Positions 11,359-24,653 of a DNA stretch of 64,000 bases are shown piece by piece (within the stretch, counting starts at the first letter, position 1; every line of letters begins with the position of its first letter). Made by a program: the position numbers and the translations under genes. This stretch comes from Nemertoderma westbladi (lineage: Eukaryota > Animalia > Xenacoelomorpha): positions 29,682 through 93,681 of the forward strand of contig JAUCBJ010008942.1 in NCBI GenBank assembly GCA_032718475.1. Direction: 5' to 3'. The notes below the pieces were generated by a model. That model was not told the DNA's origin. It made no database searches and saw nothing but the letters and a program-made list of their open reading frames with translations.

Positions 11359-12984
11359 ATCTGCTATTTGGGTTTATTAATATTATAAGGAGTTTATGTT
11401 TAGGCGAGCGGGCGTCGCTGCCTACCTTTCTTTGCCCCCGGACAGTGGGATTCTCAGCGCCGATGTACCGTCGTCGCGGTGTTTACGCCAACCTGTAGCA
11501 ACAGCACGACAACGATAACCGGCACAAGTCACTCCACTGTCCGTCCCAAAGGCTTGGATCCACTTTAGGTTCTTTCTATAGGAGAGTTGGGTTACTTTCA
11601 CAATTGCGACTAGCTACTGTAAACATACTTTAGCAGTAACATTCACCTATAAACGCATAAATTCCACACAACTGTCACCAATTGTACACATACAGGCCAT
11701 TTGTCCGTTAGTCAGTGCCTTCCAGAATGTCATGTTATTACTGTGTATCCTTGGATACTAACAGTGTGCTATGTATTCTCTATGCTATGCAATGGGACAA
11801 GCTTTCTATTGTTCTTTTAACTTGCTTCTAATTCTAGCGTGGGTGTTGCTATGGTGACATTATGGAAATCTAGCGGTAGAATTAGGATAATTCTCATGCA
11901 TACAGATCTGGAATGCTATTTAATAGTAATTCTTTAATTGTCAATATCCTCTCTATGTATGATTTTATTAATTTTTATCGGCTATTGACTATATGTTGGA
12001 GATTCTCGCACTCTAATACGCTCAATAGGATGAATAATCTCCGCTCCCATGATCTATTAATTAATGGAATTTTGGGAATGTTATAAATTGCACAAAATGA
12101 CAATTTATGAAATTCATTTAAGATATGAATTTAAATTTATTCCCGTGAATTTTATTATTTGATGGTAAAATTGACACAATTTATTCCAGAGCATGTCTGG
12201 GGACCTAGGATCCTTAATTCTATAAAATTATCTTTTAAGAGTATCGGTAAGTGCTGCGATATCTTAATTGACTAGAAATTTTAACGGATCTATATTTTAC
12301 AGATTTTAATAAATATTAAATTAATATTTAAGATGGGCACCGATTTATTCCAGAACTTGTCTGGGGACGTTAACCACTGATTCTAGAATTTGTCTTTCAA
12401 GTATATCGGTGGGTGCCGCGATATCTTAATCGACTAGAATTACAGATGGTCAAAAGGTTTAACAGATTTATTTGCATTTTACGCTACTGTTATAGGGACA
12501 TCACACTACTATATGTATTATTTAATATAAGGTAGAAGAGCAATATCGCACGAAGCAATGTCAGTGTGAAGAGGCAAGTCGTTTTCAAGGTCTACCCAGA
12601 GCTTGGTTTAGCCGAGACACGAGGATCTGAACTTTGCATTCCTAATACTCTGCCTACCAATAATACTTGAATATAGTAGTGGCTTTATTGTACTTTAATA
12701 AGTACGGATATTTCATCTTACTGTAGTCTCGTGTTTATAATATAATACGGACAGTAAGGAAAGAGAAAAAGAATTATTTCTCGCCGTCACACTAAATATA
12801 TATTATATATGTAATTACGTAATAAACACTAATATATTGCACTAATCTACCAAATAATCTAAAATAACATTCTACTAAATAAAATTAAATAAAACGATTG
12901 TAATAAAGTACATAATAACGTTCACATATAAAAATATAATAAAAATAGATAGAATAATATAGTCATGCACCCACTCCAGACGTA

Positions 12985-15900
12985 TCACGTTGGGGAGTCC
13001 CTAGATGTTTGAGGAATTAGGGAGGTGGTCGTGGGAAGAGTGTCTGGCCTTCCATAGTTTCCGGAGAGTTCTCTGTCTCTTTCCAGTAAACATAAACGAC
13101 CAACTGGGCGGTTGAGTTGTTGCATCTCAAAGATTATGCCTGGCTTCTTGAAGTTACGCCGCATGACGACGAGTTCTACCGAGCGTACTAAACCATCATC
13201 CGAGATGTGAGTCTCGATGATACGACCTGTCTGCCACCGTTTACGTGGAAGGTCTGAATCTACAATAAGCACCATATCTCCGGCGCTGACGTTTTCTTGC
13301 TGCGCAAACCACTTAGTTCGAAGTTGTAGCGTGGGCAGATAATGTTTCTCGAAATGGTCAGCGAAACGACGGGATAGCAACTGCATAAGTTGCCAAGTTC
13401 GACGGCAGTATTCGTCTCCGTCGGCAATCTCCGATCGTGGGAGCATGGCTACAGGTTTCTTCAGTAGGAAGTGCGCGGGTGTTAGCGCTTCCAGGGAATC
13501 GGGACTCGATGAGACTGGCATAAGCGGTCTCTCGTTGAGATAGGCAGCTATTTCCTCCATTAACGTCCGCAAAAGTTCGTCGGTGAGATACGCGCGGCAT
13601 GGCACTATAAAGTGAAATGCGGTCTTGACACTCCTAATTAATCTCTCCCAACTTCCTCCCCACCAAGGGGCGTCGGAGGCGTTGAAGGTCCAGCTAGACG
13701 CTGTTATCCTTAGCTGATCGTCCACCTGTCTTTGGTTCCAGTCCTTCACGTAAGCCTGGATTTCGTTGTTGGCACCAATGAAGTTCGTTCCCTTATCCGA
13801 TCTCATGGTATTACTAGTCCCAAAGCGAGCGATCTGTCGGCGTAAACTTAATACGAAGCTGTTGGTAGATAGATCGTTCACCATATCGAGATGGATGGCT
13901 CTACAAGTCATGCATACGAAGATGACACACCATCTCTTGATTATAGTCCTAGCACGATATACTTCAATAGGGCCAAATAAATCTACACCAGTATTAGTAA
14001 AGGGTGGTTCATAGAAGCTTACTCGTTCCCTAGGTAATTCTGCCTCTCGCTGTGTTAAAGGCCTACTGAATGCTTTCCTACAGGGTATGCAGTTCCTAAG
14101 AACTTGGTTCAGAGCTCTACGGGGTTTATCAAAATAATAGCGAGTTCGAATTTCGCTAAGAACTCGTTCTCTACCAGCATGATAAAGTTTACTGTGAACA
14201 TCTACAATCATCTTGATTTGTACTTCAAGATTTCTAATGAGTATGGGGAATTTAGTGTCAAAGGATAATGGCGTATTGGTGAGCCTTCCTCCAACACGTA
14301 TTAACCCATCTATCATTGTGCTAGAGAAGCGATCCCTTAAGCGCATCTGCGGATTCCTTAACAACAGGAAATACTTATCGGAATCCTCATAGCATTGCAG
14401 GAGTCTCAGTATCTGCTTATTGGTTTCTTCATGCTCCTGGTAACTAATTTTCTCCTTTAGAAATCGGTCGGATGTCTTATATTTGGGTAAATTTTTAATA
14501 ACATGAACTTGCGCAGATGTCAATGGAGCGGTATCACTAATGGTCTTTGTCCTGGAGTAGTGATGATGAAAACATCGCCTTAAATATGTGACGGCTTTAC
14601 AGAGCCGATTCCAGGAACTGTAGTGATGCATTGCTCTCTGCAGCATGGGTGAGAATCCTTGCGAGACATCTGGTATTCCAGATTTCCAATCTCTATCTCT
14701 AATTTCCACAACAGACTTATTTGTGGCGAGGGATTGTGGATCCGAAGCATCGTTTCCGGAAGTATGTAATACAGATAGATCGATAGTCGGTTTAAATAAC
14801 TTCGATTTACTCGCCCGGGTTTTAGGTTTGACTTTCTCCGCTCCCTTGGCTTGTCTAATCTCCGCCGTAGTAAGGTGAGGAGGCCATTCATCCTCTTCCT
14901 TACTCAGGAAGTCGGGTCCACCCAACCAGTCTGGAGTATCTATCAGTTCCTGTGGAGTTGCTCCCCTGGAGGCGATATCGGCTGGATTAATCGTACCAGG
15001 GCAATGTCTCCATTGATCTATCTTTGTGCGACTAAGAATAATAGCTACCCTGTTAGTAACAAAAACGCTGAACTGACAGACTTCATTGGTTATATACTCC
15101 AACACGAGTAAAGCGTCGGTCCAATAAACAGTTTTCTCCAGTGGATAGTCGATTTGTTCTGTTACGTTCCGGCCGATGGCTGTAGCGTATAAAGCCGCCT
15201 TTAACTCCACTCGAGGAACCTTTAACTTGTTGTTAATCAATGCCTTAGAGGTAACCAAGGCGACTTTGATTCCATCCGGAGTTTCGACTCGCAGATATGC
15301 TACTATACCTATTCCCATGTCGCTGGCGTCTCCAAACACATGGAGTTGATAGGAATACGTAGGGAGAACATGACCAAAATATGCACGGGAAATTACAAAG
15401 CTCTCGATGGCAGGTAGAGAATCTTCCCATTTCATCCATTTCTTTAACAGTTCTCCCTTAAGCGGATCGTCCCATGAGTGGTTTTCAAGCCACATTTGTT
15501 GTACTAAACTCCGAGCAATCAATATAACTGGGCTAATAAATCCCAATGGGTCGAAATAAGTGCTCAGGATACTTAAACAAATCCGTTTGGTCCGAACTGG
15601 ATTATCTCGCTGTTTTAGCTGAAAAAACAGGATATCTCTTTCGGTGTCCCACTTCAAGCCAAGCGTCTTGGTTTCTGGAAGATCGTCCTTTATTAAGTCT
15701 AGATCTTTCGTTCCTCAGTCTTCTACCGGTATCGCTTCCAGAAACTCACGGGAGTTGCTGGTGAATTTCGTCAGTCGAAATCCACCTCTTTTCAAACACT
15801 CTACCATTCCTTTCGCGACATCAATGGCTTCTTCTACTGATGGAAGGGATCTTAAATTATCGTCCATGTATATATTACGCTTGATGTTGTCTATCACCTC

Positions 15901-17948
15901 TTTTGAGAAGGCGTCTCGGTTGTCATTCGCAGTGGTCCGCACTTCCACTTTGGAAGGGCTTGATATGATCCCAAAAGCCTGGATGGTCATCCAGTACTCT
16001 ACCGGTTTCTGGTTGAGATCCCCTTCAGGCCACCACAGAAATCTCAGGCTGTCTCTATCTCTATCCAGCGCCTTGACTTGTAAGAACATTCCTTCTATAT
16101 CGGAGGCGAACGCGATGGAATATTGTCTTAATCTTAAAAGTATTCCCAACAAAGATTGGAGTAAGTTGGGTCCTGGTAACAACTCGGAATTGAGGGATTG
16201 GCCCATATATAGAGCGGAGCCATCAAATACGACTCGTACTTCATGGGGTTTACCGGGTTTGGGAACGTAATGATGTGTTAAGTAATACGTTCTCTCAGTC
16301 ACTGGTGTTCCTTCCGGTACTCGCTCCGCGTATCCCTTTGTAATAAATTTCTTCAACTGAGTTTGGTACATTTCTTTAGCTGAAGCATTAGCCGTAAGGC
16401 GTCGATGTAATTGAGCGATTCTTTTCTCTGCCAAGGATTTACAAATCTAGGTTCTCGTTTTCGAAATGGTAGGCCGATTTCATATCTACCTTGGTCCTTT
16501 AAAAAACGTGTAGTTGTTTCCTGGATTTGCTTGGCTCTTTCTTCTTCTATCGATAGGGCCTTATCGTATGAATTGGGCTCTACCAATTCTTGAGTAAAGA
16601 ATCGTACGGCGAGTTCGTCCCGAGTTCTAGCGTTGTAGCGCTCTATCTCATCATTTAGTTCGTCATTGTAATCAATGGGTCCCGATGGGCGAATCAGTTG
16701 ACATAGGTTCACCTGGTTTTTCCAAGTTTTGTTTTCTGTAAGTAGGTCGATTGTGTTCTCTTCATCGAAGAGTTGGTAGATGTTGTCATTATCTGAGGAG
16801 TATGGTGTTCCCTCAGTTAGTTCGTCCACCTCACTGCTCTCCACTTCCCAATCGTTTACTTGGTATATTCGTTCTTGTGGCATTCTCTCTTCGAGAGTTC
16901 TGCGGGAAGGGCCAGTAAAGTACCAACCTATTCTAGTTCTTACCGCATAGGTTTGCAGTGGCTGCGGTTGAGCAGGCCGTTTCTCCAATGTCTCGAGCGC
17001 CTCATGCGCGTTTTGGCCGATGAGTATTTGCACTCCAGGATAATCTGTCTGGAATCGAGGTATCTTAAGCTGTTGGATGCTCTCATCCTCGTCCCAATTA
17101 TAAAGGTCTGCTTGGGTAGTAGCGAAGTTCTTTATAGCCACCATTTTTACCGACCTTATACCTTGTGCTCCTAATTTATCCTGGGGGGTGGACAACACAC
17201 CTACATAGTAATCTGCCGTTAGGGTAGATTTCCAAACCTGCATAATTCCTGACATATTCAATTTAGTCCGGAATTTGGGTTGTCCAGCAAAGATATCTTC
17301 GGCTAGTTCTTGATCGATGAATGTTCCTGTGCTGCCGGAGTCAAGGAGGGCGTTCACTATGTAACTTTTGTTAGGACCATGAACACATACCTGCACTACA
17401 GGAAATTCTCTGATTCCTACGTTGGAAGTTGGAGCTTTCCAAGATGGTTGTCTGGCAAAAGTAGTTGGTGGGCGCTCATTGTCGGTGTCCTTTTCATAAG
17501 TAAGTGCTCGATACACCGCGGTATTGATTAGGTAACAGGATTCGTTGGCGTCGGAGAATTCGTCAGTATAGAATCCTTCCATCTCAGACTCTTGATCAGT
17601 GTCATTTACATCACTGAATTGTACATGTAGTTCGGGCTCACTTACCTGACTCAGGTTGTCTCGTTCGAACTCACTGTGTAACAAGATGTGATGTTTCACA
17701 CCACACTTTGCACACTTTACGTCGGAGTAACAGGTTCGCCATTGGTGTCCTGATCTGAGGCAATTATAGCATAACCGCTTATCCCACATGACTTTATGTC
17801 TGTCTACCAGGGATTTCTTTAGGAATTCAGCACATGCACTCAAACGGTGGGGCCCGTCGCACAGCGCACAGTTTGGTTTGATGTTACTCACTTTACCTTG
17901 GGTAACGTTATGCACTCTCGTTCTTTCTTCGGGCTTTCTTCCGTGCAT
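12985..17948 (-). pseudogene. pol: B1 Gag zinc knuckles, protease, RT, RNase H, integrase (frameshifted)
   Basis: CALCDGPH/CYNCLRSGH/CAKCGVKHH knuckles; LLDSGS protease; FASDIEGMF and YMDD RT; LHVFGDAS, RVELKA, YWTD Pao-type RNase H; H-H-CIPC zinc finger and GVDLFGP/SDKGTNF/GGSWERL DDE integrase. Confidence 0.95.
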
Positions 17949-18019
17949 TCTGTTAGGAGACTGAGGAGGAGTCTTGGCAACCTGTTCTCTCCTATCGTTG
18001 GTTCGAGCCTTGTATTTAC

Positions 18020-21000
18020 TTACGCTTTTTGAGGTTTTGTTAACGTAGTAAAATCGGTCAGTGTCTTTCCCGCTGTCCTCTTCTTGAGAAGCTTGCTTTC
18101 GCCTTCGTCAGTGTAACACACTGGTGTTACTCTTCTCCTAGAAACGGGTTTCTCACTTACCTTATTTTCCGATGTTTTCTCTCTGGACTGCTTGATGAGT
18201 TGTAGTTTTACTTCACCATCTAAGAAGGACATGAGATCAGCCATGGTAGGGCTTCGTCGTTGCTGCTCATTCATATACAACACTTTCTTGTCCCAGCGTG
18301 TACATACTCCACCCTTTGGTAAAGTAGAGACTACGGCTCCAATAACCATGGAACTCTGATATTCATGAGACTTACCTAACCAGTCCAATAGTCTACAGAT
18401 CTCCTGAATCTCATCGGAAAACTCTATAATCCCGCTACTAAGGAAGTTTCGGGGGGCTACTAATTTTGCATACAAATACTTAGCTATGTTATCCTTGTTA
18501 CCATACCTGGTGTTTAATGTATCCCAAACTTGTCTTAATCCATCTGGATGTCCAATAAACTTTAACGCCATTAACTTGGGAGGTCCTTCCAAGCACTTGA
18601 TGAGGAATCTAAGTTTCTCTCCGTTAGATAGTACAGAGTTCTGTATGCATCTTTGTAATATTCATTGAAAGGTAACCATTTCATCTCATCTCCATTGAAT
18701 TTGACGATCTCTCCCACTTTGACCGCTTGGCGGGCTTCTGTTCTAGCCATCTGACGCGTAAAGCTTTCTTGGGCCATCGTGTTATTTAATATCGAATTAT
18801 CGGTATATGAATTTCTCGGATTATTATCAGGTCTATAGGGAATATCATTAACAACAGGTTTATAATCACCCTTAATAGGGTTTGCTATAGGAGTTTCTAC
18901 TTCACTAGCAGTATAGATGCGTGTAGGCTCCACACCTTGCGCATGTGATACTTCAGACCTAACAGGTTGACACAATGTTACTGGGGGTATTGGTATACCC
19001 TTTTGTATATTGACTAATTTGTCGCGTTCTAGCGCGATGCTTTGCTGCACTTCTTGCAATTCTAACCTACTTTCCCTTACTGTTCCCTTAAGTTGGTGGA
19101 CAGTCTCCTGCATCTGTCCGAGCAGGAGATTCATCCCCCGCCGTCCCTCCTCTACCCACTCAACCGCCGAAGCGGGAGTCGCCAACATTGTAGCGGGCCG
19201 ACGCAGGACGACGGGAGACAAATCTTTGATTTCTCTCTCAGTGTCCAGGACAGGGATATTCGCATGGACTGTTCTACCGGGTACAGGCAGTGTGGTACTG
19301 TGTAGAGGGAATTTAGAGTTAAGCTCTGGAAGTACAGGGGTCTCTAGCACAGGAGTGGCTTTGGGAACGACAGGCCTAATTATTTCAGGCTCATCAACTA
19401 TCATAGGGAGTCTTAATAATTTGGTCTGTGGGTTCTGTACTACCTAAGTCTGTGCTAGCTAGTTGTCTTCTAACCGCTGGGGGCAAATCAGGCAATTTGT
19501 GACGGTGAGATGTTTTTCTACGCCTGCTTAGACGAGATCTATTTCCTCCGCCTTCAGGATCAGTGGTCTCGCCTTCCTCCGATGATGTGTATCCTTGGCG
19601 TTTGGGAGTAGATCGACTCATCATCTGCATTTGACTAGCAGTTAACTGTTTATTTATGCAGTCTTGCGTCTCTTGCAGATTTTCCAACTCCAGTTGGGTA
19701 GTCTCCTCAGACGCTCTTCGTTCTGCTTCTGCCACTGCCTTTGCCGCCTTTCTTTCCGCTTCTGCTTCTGCCATTGCCGCTGCTGCCTTTCTTTCCGCTG
19801 CCGCTTTTGCCGCTTCCGCTTCTGCCATTGCTGCTGCTACTGCTGCTGCCTTTCGGTCCTCTATCCGTTTTTTCTTTACTTGTTCTTCCTGGACTCTAGC
19901 GAGGCGGAGTTTTTCATCAAATTTAGCTTGGTTTGCAGCTAACCTTTCTGCATCGATTGAGTCCAACACAAGCTTGGCTCCTTCACTATTGGGGCGAAGT
20001 CCAGCCAGTCGTCTCCTCAACTCTTCATCACCTAGGAAACGTTGATAGTCTGACAGATAGATGTCTATGGCGTCTCTCGTTCGCGGTCTCTTTGCGGTCA
20101 CTTCGCTTTCCACTTGAGAAAAGGTGGCATCGGTTGATTCTTCATAGGTTGGTCTCTCAGCCAGCTGGGATTTCCACTGGGCCGTTTCTTGTACTTTGAG
20201 ACCTACCCGCTGGAACCAAGTCTTGACAGCAACTTGCAGCGACGTGTCCTGTCTTCTTTTGGAAGTTTCCTCAAAGGCTGATAGGATTAGTCTAATGCGT
20301 AGGGTTCTTTCGCGTACTTGATATAGCAGCTCTTTCTGCTCTTGAGGTCCTTGGGGTTGTTGAAACAGTTGTTCTTCTAATCGCTCTAAGGAGCCGAAGA
20401 ATCCCTGCACATATCCTGCTGCCGACCTCTTCCAAACAGCTGGATCCATCGTATCTTTAGTCACTCCCATCCTGTGTATGTCTTCCCAAGTAGCTTCGGA
20501 CAAATCTAACGGGAGTCCGGGTCCGGGAAAGTTCCATTGTGACTCGACAATAGACATCAATTCTTCCCTGGCGTATCCCGCATAACTATCTTGGGTCGCT
20601 CGCTTACTTCTCGCCCAATCGCCTTGGTGTTCCACCACCGCAATCAATATAGTAGTTAGTACTGCGGCAGGAAGGGTGAGAAGGGGATCCGAATAGGCTG
20701 TAGCCGCCATCTTCACTCCGCGTTCGGGGGTCAGCTCTACAGTATCCGAACTACTGGAGCTATCGGGTCGCTGGGAACGAGTTTCTTGACTAGGATGTTG
20801 CTGCTGTTGGACAGCTGCCTCTTGGTTCCGTTTGACCTGGGCCCGAGTGCCGATGATAGACCTACGGTGTTGGATTAGCCTAGGGTCTGATACTACTACT
20901 GGAGGGATGACCTTTCTTTCAGTAGGAGGTGAGCTGAACCCCTTTCTTAATCGCTCCACACTCCTGTCTGTGTCACAGATGGTTGTATCGATTAGACTGT

Positions 21001-21028
21001 CTGACAGGTTTTGCTTTGTGTCAGACAT
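18020..21028 (-). pseudogene. gag: B1 gag with long N-terminal extension (frameshifted)
   Basis: ORFs 19394..21028, 18571..19404 and 18020..18592; KFNGDEMKW and WDTLNTRYG resemble BEL/Pao Gag; collinear with the B2 ORFs from 24654. Confidence 0.85.
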
Positions 21029-22149
21029 ACTTAGCTATACAGTTGAATGCTTGCTGCTATAGTTACAGTTAAAGCAAGTCTAGTAATTCAGTATGACCGT
21101 TGGCCTAGTACCGGTAATTTATTACAGTATATTAGAATACCGGTATACACTTATAATATATAGAAGTATTGTAAACTAGGTTTGTCACAGAGTACCGGTA
21201 TATAATTTTTGCACAAATATATATAAATATATAATAGGCCTATCGTGAATACCGGTATACAGCTGACACTTATAGTATATAAGTATAATTCTGGACTAGA
21301 ATAAATTACAGAATACCGGTATAATTTTAGCCTAAATTTATAGAAATAAAGATAATAGGCCTATCGTAAATACCGGTATATCAATTATTTAAATAATTGA
21401 ATTTCTGAATTTTAAAGGTTACTTAGTTACTTTAACTTACTTTATTACCGTTATTTAAGCAGTAGTCCAACTGATATTGAGACCTAGTTGTTGTATGGCA
21501 GGCCTACTATTTATAAATCGTTTGAGTTGATTTATAATATATATATACCCGTTTAAAATGGGTTTTGTCAATATTTGAAATAAATGTTATTATTTCCGGG
21601 GGGAGTCACTACACAGAAGCTGTGCGCTCTCAGTGAAGTGCTACTTAATAGACACTAAAACAGATAATTCTACTTTACCTAAGTTACTTAATACTTCAAA
21701 TTACGTACGATACGGGTGAGATTAATTCTCTAATTAAAACACAACAAAATATTACGTACGAAATTTTAGGGTAATTTTACAGGGAAACTACAAACCAGTC
21801 TAACAAAGGGTTAGAACTTCTGGTTATTACAACGGACAGGATACTACGGTATTTGAGAATAATAAAGCAGTAGTCAATATACTGCGTTGTCCAGATAGGA
21901 AAAATACCACCGTCTGACGACCTATAGCCGTATCGCTATAGGTACTACGTTATGTATCACGGAGTGTCCCTACCTGGAAGTTAATTACCGCAGACTACCA
22001 GATCCAACGTGCCTATTAACCACTTTACAACACAATACACTGCCTACACACTAATTACTTTCGGAAAGCACTGTACACCAAACCCTAAATTAGGTACAAG
22101 TACTTATTAAAACAGATAACTAGCAGTTAAATATACTTGAACAGTTAAA

Positions 22150-22630
22150 AGATTCCAAAATGGTTAGTTAGTATGCGTTCTAACACGGTAGTACGACTTA
22201 TTCTTTAGGAGGGGATTGACCTTACAGCTCTGGCTGCCCCAACTTACTAACTGGAACTTTATCAGACAAACTCTACACACGCAGCAATCTCTTCAGACCT
22301 AATAATAGCTAGACAACAATCCAGCCTACAAAAATATCTGAGTAATAACTATTACGGTACCTGAACAGACCACACAAACAAACACAGACTAAAACGCTGG
22401 CAGACTACTATCAAGCCTAAATTAACTACAGTATGTGCAGATTCCAAAATGGTTAGTTAGTATGCGTTCTAACACGGTAGTACGACTTATTCTTTAAGAG
22501 GGGATTGACCTTACAGCTCTGGCTGCCCCAACTTACTAACTGGCACTTTATCGGACAAACTCCACACACGCCGCAATCTCTCCAGACCCAACAACAGTCA
22601 GACAACAGTCCAGCCTACAATTATCTGAAC
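22150..22630. repeat. ~190-bp direct duplication in the B1 leader (offset ~289 bp)
   Basis: GATTCCAAAATGGTTAGTTAGTATGCG...CCAGCCTACAA at ~22151 and ~22440. Confidence 0.85.
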
Positions 22631-22801
22631 AATCTGAGCAGACTTACACGTCTTCAGCTCAATATTAACTTACATGTAAATAAAACCGACAGAAATAAGT
22701 AAAATCTCAATAAAAACCAGGGCTGCAGTCCCTGATTAAATACTAAGACCTACCGGTATACAATAATCAAAATCGAATAATACTAATGTACTTATACTGG
22801 A

Positions 22802-23004
22802 AGTACCGGTTAGGACAGTTGGGCCTACAGACCTACAGCAGTACCGGTTCAGGCAGTTAGGCCTACGGACCTACAGCAGTACCGGTTCTGGCAGTTGGGC
22901 CTACGGATCTACAGCAGTACCGGTTCTGGCAGTTGGGCCTACGGACCTACAGCAGTACCGGTTCTGGCAGTTGGGCCTACGGACCTACAGCAGTACCGGT
23001 TCAG
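22802..23004. repeat. 38-bp tandem repeat, ~5 copies, in the B1 leader just inside the PBS position
   Basis: Unit GGCAGTTGGGCCTACGGACCTACAGCAGTACCGGTTCT. Confidence 0.92.
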
Positions 23005-23056
23005 GTTTACCGGTCGACCGGTACTTTCAACTTTATTGCTTACTGCAATAAAGACA

Positions 23057-23067
23057 ATAACTGTTAT
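23057..23067 (-). promoter_or_regulatory. Non-tRNA primer-binding site of B1 (ATAACAGTTAT), complementary to its own LTR
   Basis: Directly abuts the 5' LTR, has no TGG, and is the exact 11-nt reverse complement of the LTR sense sequence at 23812-23822 (9270-9280 in the 3' LTR). Confidence 0.7.
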
Positions 23068-24248
23068 TGTACGCGCTTTTGAAGACCTTTAGCAGTTTAA
23101 CCTGCCAAAATTTATATGTCTTTTGGTTTATAAATAGACTTTAGTAAATGACAAATATTTAATACCAATAAACACAACATTAGCCGAAGCCAGCCTAGTG
23201 CGCGTCCATTCACCCGCTGGATATACCCGGGAGACTGGATTCGGAGGGCTTAGATTGTTATTGCAGTGTAAGCTTACTGTATTATTCGATTGATCGTTAA
23301 TAAATAATTTCTGACCAATATTATTCACTTTCGGGAAATATTAACAGTTCCTTTAGGACGTGGCGCTCTATCTAGGTAAACAGAGATATGACTTATGCTA
23401 AACACAACGGTAAGTCGGTAAGGCTTATGATTCACGTATGAGGCGCATTCTTTAGGAAATGCTTAGTTATCAGCCACAATCATGCACACTACCGGTACCA
23501 CACAATACTGCACACTAATCTGCCGACCGTCAATGAATTTTATCATATATAAAGAGAACAGCAATTGACTCATGTAGTGCCTATCAAATAGCATTAAACT
23601 CACTACAAACCACGATAATATAAGTCGCAATCGCTATATGTAACCTGTCTCTCTAACCTGTAGTGTATCAAGAAAATTGGGAAATTTGGGTTATTTATCG
23701 ATGTTCTCCAAGTAATAATATTCAACCAAACAACAGTAAAAACCATTAAGACGGTAGGTTAAGATATGATATGACAATGTACTGATAATGTAACAATGAT
23801 ATGATGTGCCGATAACAGTTATACGCTCTATAATCTAAGCCTACTAATGTTTCTTCTAAAGTCTGAAACGAATTGACTCCAGAGCCGGTGTTCTTGGCCT
23901 AGATAGAAACAACAAAACAGTATCAAGAAAAACAGTAAGACTGAACACTCCTAGCACGATCTGTAGAATATCTCCACATCGACAATAAAAATCGCCCTGA
24001 TTGGCTGTTAAGCTAAACAAAGAACCATGTGTCCAACGGCCGTTTCCATGCCAGCAACCAGCTGTTAGATGTCGTAATCTGAATCATCAAGGCTACACTG
24101 TGCTAGAGGATTTGACGCATTGCGGGTTTTGTGCCTTGCCATGTCCGCCAAAGCACACATATAGAAGAATGACTTTTATGTCCGTTAAAACACCTACAAC
24201 GGTACTTTGCGGGCAAGGGGACTGATTATATCCGCAAAAGCTTTTACA
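23068..24248 (-). repeat. 5' LTR of B1
   Basis: Direct repeat of 8526-9706, followed by TSD GTAAA. Confidence 0.95.
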
Positions 24249-24253
24249 GTAAA

Positions 24254-24445
24254 GACGAGGTCATACCAGATCTACTTCTCTGGCAACCAACTCATGGAAA
24301 GCGTAGTCGTGGACGACCTGCCATAACATATATAGATCAACTTGAAAGGGATACTGAACTTGGGAGAAACGAAATTGCGACAACTATGGAGAATCGGGAA
24401 GCCTGGAAGGATCTCATTTCCACTGTCCGAGTTCGCTCGACCTAG
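24254..24445 (+). pseudogene. LINE ORF, C-terminal part (RGRP motif), stop codon merging into the (TAG)n tail
   Basis: Manual translation DEVIPDLLLWQPTHGKRSRGRPAITYIDQLERDTELGRNEIATTMENREAWKDLISTVRVRST*, in frame with 8525 once the TSD is removed. Confidence 0.9.
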
Positions 24446-24653
24446 TAGTAGTAGTAGTAGTAGTTACTGATCCTAGTCTGTAATAATACTGATATATACT
24501 CTAGGTGTATACCGGTATTCTAATATTAAGATATATACTACATTACATTGAGTAGTGATATAGGTAACTACTAGGCTGACAGTTGATACTGATTTCCCCT
24601 AGACTTGCTTTAACTGTTATTATAGTAGTAGGCATTCAACTGTAAAATAAATT

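Larger units (their letters stand above)
8526..24248 (-). mobile_element. BEL/Pao family B LTR retrotransposon, copy B1, structurally complete (15.7 kb)
   Basis: Two 1181-bp LTRs with about 9 substitutions counted by eye, TG...CA ends, TSD GTAAA at 8521-8525 and 24249-24253, and gag-PR-RT-RH-IN order with BEL/Pao motifs. Confidence 0.95.
5176..24462 (+). mobile_element. RTE-type non-LTR retrotransposon (LINE), apparently full length (~3.55 kb), split by B1
   Basis: TSD GTTACTGATCC at 5165-5175 and 24463-24473; (TAG)n tail 24443-24463; single APE+RT ORF; the sequence rejoins in frame across the B1 insertion (CWRSK|DEVIPDLLLWQPTHGKRSRGRP). Confidence 0.92.

Noticed and set aside
23057-23067. 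B1 PBS match as a mere artefact of a near-palindrome (ATAAC-A-GTTAT)
   Set aside because: The near-palindrome weakens this single case, but the central base fits the complementary orientation, a second complementary block lies at the expected distance, and the non-palindromic A2 and A3 cases show the same pattern.
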